64,000 nucleotides of DNA from Escherichia phage ManiWeber_Bas99. The notes under the pieces were generated by a model. The model did no database searches, was not told the DNA's origin, and saw nothing but the letters and a program-made list of their open reading frames with translations. Below, in pieces: positions 57,088 through 64,000 of this stretch. The position numbers and the translations under genes are program-made. Numbering within the stretch: the first letter of the stretch is position 1; each line of letters starts with the position of its first letter. Location: sequence record PQ850618.1. One strand, written 5' to 3'.

Positions 57088-57302
57088 CCGATAATCAATA
57101 CGCAGTCGGGCAACGTGACATCGAGCAACTCGACGAGGGCGGCTATTATACGCGCCACATCTATGCCATGACTCATGAAGGACTTTACAGCAAGTCGGAC
57201 ATCGCCGCTGAACTGGCCCATCGTGACTTGCAAATTGACCTTCTCAAGATAGAAATTCAAAACTTACGCAACACCCTGTTAAACACCTGGAGCTTAAAAT
57301 GA
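57084..57302 (+). CDS. hypothetical protein
   Basis: 72 aa ORF. Confidence 0.4.
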   Translation: MTDNQYAVGQRDIEQLDEGGYYTRHIYAMTHEGLYSKSDIAAELAHRDLQIDLLKIEIQNLRNTLLNTWSLK

Positions 57303-57724
57303 TACAGCGTTACGACCTGACATATGACGTGGCATCAGACGATTTCGCCGTCACTCCCGTTCCAGAAAGTCATGAAGGACGTTTTGTTGCATATGAGGAC
57401 TATGAATCACTACTCAAGCTTAATGAGTCGCTAACAAAAGAGATTGAGCAATACCGCGAGCGCATCAAAGCCGCTGAAGATGTTATCAAGCTTTTTAGCG
57501 AGGCTGTTGAGAAATACAAGGAGCGAAACGTACCGATTAAGGAGGAAGCGTGGACCGTGTGGTTTGGTGGCGTGAATCCGGTGCCTGGGAAGATGGTTGA
57601 GTTTGAATTACTCAACGGTTATAAGTCAAAAGGTGCTGTTCCTTCGGATAGTTTGACATGGGATAAAGTCACAAGCCCGACTGGTGCAAAGATTGTTGCT
57701 TATCGGGTCGTTAAGGAGGGGTGA
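57299..57724 (+). CDS. hypothetical protein with GG-NPVPGK / AYRVV C-terminal domain
   Basis: 141 aa; C-terminal WTVWFGGVNPVPGKMV...IVAYRVVKEG paralogous to the 55917 gene. Confidence 0.45.
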   Translation: MIQRYDLTYDVASDDFAVTPVPESHEGRFVAYEDYESLLKLNESLTKEIEQYRERIKAAEDVIKLFSEAVEKYKERNVPIKEEAWTVWFGGVNPVPGKMVEFELLNGYKSKGAVPSDSLTWDKVTSPTGAKIVAYRVVKEG

Positions 57725-58173
57725 TGGGTAACAAGCTTATCGCCGCTGGTTGGGCCATACCGAAGTGGGCTCATCGTGCGCACTACTTTGATGAAGGAGA
57801 AGTGCAAAGCCTTTGCGGTCGCGCAACGTATTTCGGTGATGAGCGCGTCAGCGGCGATTACATTGACTCGCTTTTAGGTAAAGGTGATTGCAAGAAATGT
57901 CAGGATATATTAAGAGATATTCTGACGCAAAAAGGATTGCTTGAGCTTGATGAGTCGGAGGAAGTAATAGAGCTTAAGCTTGAAGCCAATCACCTTATTA
58001 ATATGTTCAAGAATTATTACTTAACGAATATGCGCTCAAAGATGCGTGAGGAAGTAATAAAAGAGGTGCTCACTTACAATCCGTTAAGGATGAATAAAAC
58101 TAAACTGAAGAAGTTTAATGCAATGGTAAGAAAGGAATTTAGACGGCTTGGAGTGAAGAATTTTATATTTTAA
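57721..58173 (+). CDS. hypothetical protein
   Basis: 150 aa; last gene of the rightward early operon, followed by a terminator. Confidence 0.45.
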   Translation: MMGNKLIAAGWAIPKWAHRAHYFDEGEVQSLCGRATYFGDERVSGDYIDSLLGKGDCKKCQDILRDILTQKGLLELDESEEVIELKLEANHLINMFKNYYLTNMRSKMREEVIKEVLTYNPLRMNKTKLKKFNAMVRKEFRRLGVKNFIF

Positions 58174-58190
58174 TTATGATTAATGTTAAG

Positions 58191-58214
58191 AGGGCCAATC
58201 GGCCCTTTTTATTT
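58191..58214 (+). terminator. rho-independent terminator
   Basis: AGGGCC-AATC-GGCCCT hairpin followed by TTTTATTT. Confidence 0.6.
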
Positions 58215-58710
58215 GCCTGTGTAATGGGAGGCTTTTGTGGTTATTTACGATTCAAGGCTGTAATTTAAGAGAGCGAAAATATTATAATAATTTATCAAGA
58301 TTATTGCATATTGTGGCAATCAACGTTTATACGTATTTATGACAGTTTAATCCACTAAATAATACGGATAGAACAGTGAGGAAAATACAGCGGTGTATTT
58401 TAGTGTAAATATTGAATCAAAAATAAATAATTATGGTGCTATTATATACGCAGATTGTTTGTAATTTATAGGATATTTTATCGTGGAGTATTGGCTAACG
58501 GTGCGTTAGCCGTGGGTCTTGGTGCTTGTGGTGTTGATGCTCAGAATTTTAATAATGTTTTTAGTTTTAGTAATCGTAGTCAATGATGATACGTATAAGA
58601 AAATGAGAGTCACCCCTTCACAGGATATTGTACCGTGGCCCTGTGGCGCGCCGCGCCTGGGATTGCTGGTATACACTGGTGCTATTTTGCCGCGAAGGCA
58701 GTCATTCATA

Positions 58711-58952
58711 CGTATCATGACGTATCATTGGGCTATTGATTTATAAGGAAAAATACGCTGATACGGATGATACGGATGCAAACATAATATATATAGAATT
58801 CCAGAAAATTAATTAACTCCATTTTGAATTAATTTAAATTAATTTTTTTCTACATCCTCATACTTATACTAAACTTATATTTATACGTATTATCCGTAAG
58901 ATATAAGTAAAAACAAAGACTTGCGGCAATACGGATGATACGTCATGATACG
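58711..58952. repeat. iteron-like repeat element B
   Basis: CGTATCATGACGTATCA (58711-58727), GATACGGATGATACGGATG (58759-58778), AT-rich core with GAATTC, TTATCCGTAAG (58889-58899), ATACGGATGATACGTCATGATACG (58929-58952); same units and core as the element at 6.6 kb. Confidence 0.6.
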
Positions 58953-59166
58953 CTTCAACCAGCCAGCAGCGGCTAAGTCATTGATTTGCATAGCAAGCGG
59001 CGAAAGGGATGGATTTCTTTTATACGTATCAAACAGTACACCACGCACCACGGTCCGTTATCCATTCAGCAATATGATTTGTGTACGTTTATAGCCATAA
59101 TGAACATCAATCTGCACTTGAATATAATGTTCATCCATTGTATAATTCACACTATTAATTTGCACT

Positions 59167-59655
59167 ATGGGATTTTGCACTATGAGTCAAGATTATGTAG
59201 CGATGCCTGAAGACTTTGAAGACCCGCGATTTGCAGAGCACAATCAGGCTTTATTCGATGAGTTCATTGACCTTGTTATTCAGGGCCATGACATGCGCGC
59301 AGCTTTTGCACTAGTATTTGGAATGGAAGTTGCAACGGATAACTACACTGGCCAGCGAATCCTTTGCACGCAACGCAATCCATACTACAAGATGCGCTTC
59401 AAAAAGCGTATGGAAGAGATGCCACTCAAGGATTTGTGGAGCGTAAAAGGTGCAATTCACAATTTGGTTAAGCTTGTGCGTGATCCAGAAGTCGCAGCGT
59501 CAGCCAAGCTTAATGCTATTCGTGAACTGAATATCATCTACGGCATCACGATGATTGATGAAAACGGCAATAGTAAAATGGGCCGTTCCATGGACGATTT
59601 CTACAAGGATTTTGGAGAGGCGGCCAAAGAAGGTGAGCAATTCTCCCGCCACTAG
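59167..59655 (+). CDS. hypothetical protein
   Basis: 162 aa (alternative ATG at 59182); both candidate starts are immediately preceded by a copy of the TTTGCACTAT motif. Confidence 0.45.
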   Translation: MGFCTMSQDYVAMPEDFEDPRFAEHNQALFDEFIDLVIQGHDMRAAFALVFGMEVATDNYTGQRILCTQRNPYYKMRFKKRMEEMPLKDLWSVKGAIHNLVKLVRDPEVAASAKLNAIRELNIIYGITMIDENGNSKMGRSMDDFYKDFGEAAKEGEQFSRH

Positions 59656-59666
59656 CCAATTTGCAC

Positions 59667-59708
59667 TATAAAACGGCCCTAGAACACATCTTCTCCACTT
59701 CTAGGGCC
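59667..59708 (-). terminator. hairpin terminator candidate (10-bp stem GGCCCTAGAA/TTCTAGGGCC)
   Basis: Perfect 10-bp inverted repeat with a 14-nt loop between convergent genes; U-rich tract on the minus strand. Confidence 0.35.
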
Positions 59709-59769
59709 ATCGGTAATACGACGGGGAAGGTTACAACCATAAACGCGTTAGAAAGTGTATTATTATAAG

Positions 59770-60033
59770 TCATCTTTTAGTCACTTTACGTAACAATTTA
59801 CGACCTTCAGCCGTCCAATCGAACGACTCCACCAGCAGATTCGCACTATAACCTAAGATGATGCGCCCTTTCTCGTTATCGACCCGCCAACAAGTCTCGA
59901 ATAGCATTCGATTTGCACTATTAACTATCGCCGCAACGCGCGTAGGGTAAACGCAATTTGCACTATGGTCATAAAGGGATAAGGTGCGACCACTTCCGAT
60001 GGACAACGTAGCGATGAGAATGAGCGTATTCAT
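59770..60033 (-). CDS. hypothetical protein
   Basis: 87 aa; contains three in-frame SAN tripeptides encoded by the antisense of the repeated motif. Confidence 0.4.
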   Translation of the reverse strand: MNTLILIATLSIGSGRTLSLYDHSANCVYPTRVAAIVNSANRMLFETCWRVDNEKGRIILGYSANLLVESFDWTAEGRKLLRKVTKR

Positions 60034-60083
60034 AAGCCACCAATTTGCACTATGAAAAGCGACCCCGAAGGGCCGCCATTCGA

Positions 60084-60710
60084 TTAGATAATCTGGAAGG
60101 TGTAGGACTTGTTGCCGAACTCGAAGTTCAAGCGCCCAGCTTCCTTAAGCTTCATGCGGAAGCGAATGTGCTTGCTATCCGGTAATCCCAGCGCGGCGAA
60201 CGCTACGCGGACCGATTTGAACTCGCCTACACCCTCGACCATGACACCGTTACGGGTAAGACGCTTTTGCGCCACTTCCTTATTATCCCAGCTTTTTGCA
60301 ATACCTTCGCTATTCGAACGGCGATGGGAAGGAGTTCCATTTTGCACTACGCAATTTGCACTATCGTTTAAACCGCTCTTAACGAAGGCTTCATATTCTT
60401 CGTCGGTCATCGCGTCGAGTTCTTCCTGGGTCGGCTCAGCCTTTTTAACGACCGCACGCGCCTTATGCGTTTTTACATCGCTGGACACTTCCTCGCGCGA
60501 CTTCGCGTCTGGGATGGGCGATTCGTTGGACGGCTCATCTAGCGCGTTTAAGGACTCGATTAACGCGATGACGCGAGTCTCAGCGGTCCGGCGGTCCGAA
60601 AATTTCTTAATCGGCTTCGAACCGGAATTTGCATTATAAAATGCAACGAGGTCGGCGGTCTTAGTTGCGATAACGTCGCCGCTAGTCGAGAAACGATTTA
60701 AGCTAACCAT
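60084..60710 (-). CDS. hypothetical acidic protein
   Basis: 208 aa; SD AGGAG upstream of ATG; carries the motif as DSANCVVQ. Confidence 0.5.
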   Translation of the reverse strand: MVSLNRFSTSGDVIATKTADLVAFYNANSGSKPIKKFSDRRTAETRVIALIESLNALDEPSNESPIPDAKSREEVSSDVKTHKARAVVKKAEPTQEELDAMTDEEYEAFVKSGLNDSANCVVQNGTPSHRRSNSEGIAKSWDNKEVAQKRLTRNGVMVEGVGEFKSVRVAFAALGLPDSKHIRFRMKLKEAGRLNFEFGNKSYTFQII

Positions 60711-60790
60711 AATAAACTCCTATTTGTTAGGGCGCTAGGCGCGAAAGAATTTTATTAAAGCGCCGCGCACGACGCTCTAAAAATCCTCTC

Positions 60791-61075
60791 TTACGCTTCG
60801 ACGAGGGAGAAGGTCTCAAATTCTTCTTCGCCCATAACGAGTAAGATATTACCGATTTCGACCGCTTCGAAGAAATATCCGTTAACGTTTACTTCGAAGG
60901 CTTCGCGGTCCGATTCCGGTAGCGCCGCGTAAAGTTTAAAAGCCTCGGCGACCGTTACCCCACCCGCCTCGATAGTTTGGCCTACGTTCGCGGCGTAGAC
61001 TTCGGATAAAATTTGTTTTACGCCGTAGTTCTCGACGATAGCGTTACGAATAGAAGAAACGTTAAGAATAGCCAT
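60791..61075 (-). CDS. small protein, paralog family member 1
   Basis: 94 aa; N-terminus MAILNVSSIRN and internal VNVNGYFFEAVEIG parallel the 61710 gene; conserved CAACTAGGAG upstream. Confidence 0.5.
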   Translation of the reverse strand: MAILNVSSIRNAIVENYGVKQILSEVYAANVGQTIEAGGVTVAEAFKLYAALPESDREAFEVNVNGYFFEAVEIGNILLVMGEEEFETFSLVEA

Positions 61076-61299
61076 TTTAAACTCCTAGTTGGGAGAGGCG
61101 TTAACGACCTATTCGTTAACTCATCCCGTCCCGATATGAGTACATTATAATATAGTGTAGAAAAAAGTAAAGCACTTTTTCGATAAAAATGCGATAAATT
61201 ATTTTATCTTTTTTCTTTACTTCTTCGTACACTCGCGTATACTTGTTTATATCGAGACGGGCGATGGCCCTTTCTTCTACTAGCATCGGGAGCTTTATT

Positions 61300-61602
61300 A
61301 TGACTACTTTAATCTCTTCCATCCTTACTTACGACGAAGACCGCTTAACCGTTCGCTCTCTTATCGCCGCCGTTAACGCGGAACTAGAATCTAGCGCCAT
61401 TAAGGTCCGCGCGGTCGCCTTCATCGGCCTTTCCTTCGACGATATGAAGTATGCCGAACGTAGCGCCATCCGCTTCGCGAAGACCGACGACGAAGCCGTT
61501 ACCCTTATCGAGACGGTTACGCCGCGCGGCGAAGCGTTAATTATCGTCGAGTATATCGACGTAGAAGGCGATAAATCTTATAAACATTTTATCGCAGAAT
61601 AA
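61300..61602 (+). CDS. small protein, paralog family member 2
   Basis: 100 aa from ATG 61300 (GGGAG SD); MTTLISSIL... with conserved upstream TTTACTTCTTCGTACACT box. Confidence 0.5.
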   Translation: MTTLISSILTYDEDRLTVRSLIAAVNAELESSAIKVRAVAFIGLSFDDMKYAERSAIRFAKTDDEAVTLIETVTPRGEALIIVEYIDVEGDKSYKHFIAE

Positions 61603-61709
61603 CGAAAAAGTGCTTTACTTCTTCGTACACTAAGACTATAATGTTTTATATCGAGAGGGGATGAGGTAGCGAATAGGTCGCTGCCCTCCCGACCAACTAG
61701 GAGATTATT

Positions 61710-62000
61710 ATGATTACTTTAGCCGCTATCCGTTCCGCTCGCGTCGAGACTTCCGAAAACTCTAACGTATTTGGCGAAACCTTAGAGAGCGTTTATCTCT
61801 CTAACGTAGACGCAACTATCGAATCCATTTATGAGCCGATCAACTTCCTCGACCTTTACAAGTATCGCGATGAGGACATCGTGTCTTGCCGCGTAACGAT
61901 CAACGGCTTCGTCTATACGATTACCGAAATCGGCGGCGAATATCTCGCGGTCCCGCAACTCGGCGGCGAAGTAACTTATTTTAAAATCGTCTCCTTATAA
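61710..62000 (+). CDS. small protein, paralog family member 3
   Basis: 96 aa; MITLAAIRS...VTINGFVYTITEIGGEYLAV; conserved upstream box and CAACTAGGAG SD. Confidence 0.5.
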   Translation: MITLAAIRSARVETSENSNVFGETLESVYLSNVDATIESIYEPINFLDLYKYRDEDIVSCRVTINGFVYTITEIGGEYLAVPQLGGEVTYFKIVSL

Positions 62001-62019
62001 TACCCTTCCGTTACTAATA

Positions 62020-62045
62020 GGCCGCGCTTAGTCGCGGCTTTTCTT
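62020..62045 (+). terminator. rho-independent terminator
   Basis: GCCGCG-CTTAGT-CGCGGC hairpin followed by TTTTCTT. Confidence 0.55.
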
Positions 62046-62642
62046 CGCCCCTATCTCGGTGCGCTCCTACGCGAAAACTCCTTTATCCTTACCTTCGTCG
62101 TCGCATAATCTTCGTCGAGATGCTCCTTAGTTCGCATAACAGGTATTACGTTAAATGGAGAACATCGCGTAAGTCGTTGTTTTATATAGACACCTATATC
62201 GGACCGTTAGCGAGGGTCGCGTAAGTCGTTGTTTTATAAAGGCGCAAAACTTTCCCTTCGTTCCGAACTAAAACGAGGAATATGCCGACCCTTCGCCCGA
62301 AAATAGTACGCATGCGATATTACCGACATCTAGAATAATCCCTCCCGATATTATTACGCGCTCAATCATTAGCTTTCGAATCATTATGCTGCATACTATT
62401 ATGCGCCAAATCATTAGCCTTCGAATTGTAACGCTGGAAACTGTAACGTCGATTGATTATTGCGTTCGTGTGGTTTTTAGGACATGGGTCTTTTGGTGCG
62501 TTTTGCTACTTGATGGAATTTGCAGTACACTAATCAAAATACGACACATTTGGTCCACTAACTTTTCAAAGAAAAAGTCCTAGACAGTACCGTACTATTT
62601 TGTACCCACAGGAAATTTGCCGTACACTCCTGCGCGGCAGGC

Positions 62643-62670
62643 AAAAATAAAGGGCCGCACTAAGCGACCC
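62643..62670 (-). terminator. rho-independent terminator
   Basis: Minus-strand GGGTCGC-TTAGT-GCGGCCC hairpin followed by TTTATTTTT, downstream of the 62707 gene. Confidence 0.55.
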
Positions 62671-62706
62671 ACAACCCACGATTCACGGTTAAATCAGCAA
62701 CACCCA

Positions 62707-63087
62707 CTATTCACTCTTATGGGCATCACCAAAGCCATCAGCAATCTGGCTGATCAACGACTCAATGGACACGGTTTTACCAATTGATCGAGCGGTAATA
62801 GCAAGCATATTATCAATCAAACCACGATTGACTTCACATGTTCCAGGCTTTGACTCATCTTTAGGACCACCAAAAAGCTGGTCGCGCAGACTTTCAAGAG
62901 AACGCTCAATATTTTCCAACTTCTCTTCTAAATCGGATTGGCGACGTAAAACCCACGTCAAGTCACGGTTGCCAACTTCCAATCCATCAGAATAGCAAGG
63001 TGGAGCGTCAATTTTGATGCTGGAACCAAAAGCAATGCCGCTGCCTTTAGTATATGTGTGGCTAATAGAATCATTTTTATTTGACAT
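62707..63087 (-). CDS. hypothetical protein
   Basis: About 126 aa from the internal ATG at 63087 (the track ORF extends to 63153); coiled-coil-like centre. Confidence 0.45.
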   Translation of the reverse strand: MSNKNDSISHTYTKGSGIAFGSSIKIDAPPCYSDGLEVGNRDLTWVLRRQSDLEEKLENIERSLESLRDQLFGGPKDESKPGTCEVNRGLIDNMLAITARSIGKTVSIESLISQIADGFGDAHKSE

Positions 63088-63266
63088 ATCATTACCTTTA
63101 ATATTTGGGTGATTAACAATAACTATAATAAAGCCGCATAGCGCGGCATTCAAATCGGTTTGTTAATTGTAACGATTGAATTTACTTATCCAACCAATCA
63201 ATAAGCGCAATCATGGCTACAACAAATACTGCACTTATTGCTAATATGATCAAAAACATCACGAAA

Positions 63267-63503
63267 TCAACGTTCATCAATCGATACCAATTGTGCAGGG
63301 TCGCCGGATACAGTTGCGCCGATGATACCCATCTGAGAGAAAAATTCTGAATAAACTTCCTTCCAGTACTTGCGCGCAGCTTTCTGGGCTTGACCTTTTC
63401 GCTTGTAGCTTTTACCTTGAAAGATGAAACGGTCGCTTGTCGCGCGATACTCCACCACGCCTTCCAGCCATTGCAAGAATGCTGCTGATTCATTTTTATT
63501 CAT
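63267..63503 (-). CDS. hypothetical basic protein
   Basis: 78 aa ORF. Confidence 0.45.
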   Translation of the reverse strand: MNKNESAAFLQWLEGVVEYRATSDRFIFQGKSYKRKGQAQKAARKYWKEVYSEFFSQMGIIGATVSGDPAQLVSIDER

Positions 63504-63510
63504 GTTAACC

Positions 63511-63906
63511 TCAATATTTTAATAAGAAAGCACCCAACCAACTTTCCTCAATCTCGCGGCCAGTAGCCACACGGTCGGTCTTGGCTATGGGTCTGGATTC
63601 GCCGCAGGGCAATCCGTATTGTAGTTGTGTACTATTGCCAATTCTCACCATGACCTTTCCATCAGGGTCGATATAAGCGCGACAACCCATGATTTCGAGT
63701 CGTTGTAGACACTGGCGAATCGTTTTCAGCCTTTCACCGGACCGGATTGAGCGCGGTCGCGACCGCTGACCGTTCTTGTTCACTGTCCGCTTAACGACCG
63801 GAATATCATTGCTGCGCTGCGACTTGGGTCGATAATAGGCTTCTTCGCCAGGAGTCGCACCTGGCGTCAATTCGCGCTTAAGCGCCTTTTCAATATCGAT
63901 GATCAT
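63511..63906 (-). CDS. hypothetical basic protein
   Basis: 131 aa, Arg/Lys-rich ORF. Confidence 0.45.
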   Translation of the reverse strand: MIIDIEKALKRELTPGATPGEEAYYRPKSQRSNDIPVVKRTVNKNGQRSRPRSIRSGERLKTIRQCLQRLEIMGCRAYIDPDGKVMVRIGNSTQLQYGLPCGESRPIAKTDRVATGREIEESWLGAFLLKY

Positions 63907-64000
63907 GATTCATGCCGCTGCAGCGTAAACAATTGCATAAGCAATTCCAAACAGCGCGGCAATACATACCGTGCCCCAAAATGCAAAGCGTCGTGACTCT

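Larger units (their letters stand above)
59145..60640 (+). repeat. array of co-oriented 12-bp motifs (consensus AATTTGCACTAT)
   Basis: Copies at 59159, 59174, 59660, 59840, 59912, 59957, 60044, 60341, 60355 and 60628 (variants TTCGCACTAT, TTTGCACTAC, TTTGCATTAT), all on the + strand, in both intergenic and coding sequence. Confidence 0.6.

Noticed and set aside
58506-58746. Track ORFs 58506..58718 (-) and 58519..58746 (+) in the gene-free region
   Set aside because: They overlap each other on opposite strands, are hydrophobic low-complexity, lack an RBS and sit within repeat and palindrome sequence; most likely non-coding.
59167-59655. Small terminase subunit assignment for the 162-aa protein
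   Set aside because: Size and a helix-rich N-terminus are compatible, but no diagnostic motif was found and the gene is not adjacent to TerL in this window; left as hypothetical, with a packaging-site role for the overlapping motif array noted only as a possibility.
59711-59720. TAATACGAC matching the first 9 nt of the T7 promoter
   Set aside because: It is followed by GGGGAAGG rather than TCACTATAGG; an isolated 9-mer match is expected by chance.
62355-62435. tRNA-like TTCGAATC / TTCGAATT boxes
   Set aside because: No flanking GG...CC T-stem, acceptor stem or anticodon arm could be folded; the boxes are part of a direct repeat, not a cloverleaf.
62160-62640. Possible CRISPR array
   Set aside because: Each repeat occurs only twice, spacing is irregular (46-96 bp) and the repeats differ from one another; not a repeat-spacer array.
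1-64000. Prophage boundaries, integrase or attachment sites
   Set aside because: No tyrosine/serine recombinase-like ORF, tRNA or host-like genes were seen, so integration status cannot be judged from this window.

Overview
The window reads as a densely coded ~64 kb stretch of a tailed dsDNA bacteriophage (or the interior of a prophage); I see no integrase, tRNA, rRNA or obvious host genes. Layout: 1-29.3 kb (+ strand) packaging, head, tail and endolysin genes; 29.5-46.2 kb (- strand) replication and nucleotide-metabolism genes (ligase, MazG-like, Rz/Rz1 spanins, SSB-like, SNF2 helicase, VRR-NUC, DnaE-type polymerase, DnaQ-like exonuclease, SDR, HAD phosphatase, ThyX-like, FAD-binding protein, Dda/RecD-like helicase); 46.4-58.2 kb (+ strand) primase, P-loop helicase and about 25 small early genes; 58.2-64 kb a gene-poor, repeat-rich right end with small genes on both strands. 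Transcription signals are a recurring sigma70-like promoter family (TTGCTT/TTGCCT/TTGACT -35, TATAAT/TATACT -10) and several hairpin terminators. Most notable: (1) the portal ORF carries a C-terminal domain matching the family I inorganic pyrophosphatase active-site signature; (2) about ten co-oriented copies of a 12-bp motif AATTTGCACTAT lie within 1.5 kb at 59.15-60.64 kb, running through coding sequence; (3) two homologous ~250-270 bp iteron-like elements sit 52 kb apart; (4) a ThyX-like gene with an altered signature motif lies in a block with an SDR, a HAD phosphatase fusion, a Rossmann-fold protein and a secreted protein. All calls come from reading the sequence and translated ORFs; no database search was run, so family assignments rest on remembered motifs and are hypotheses.
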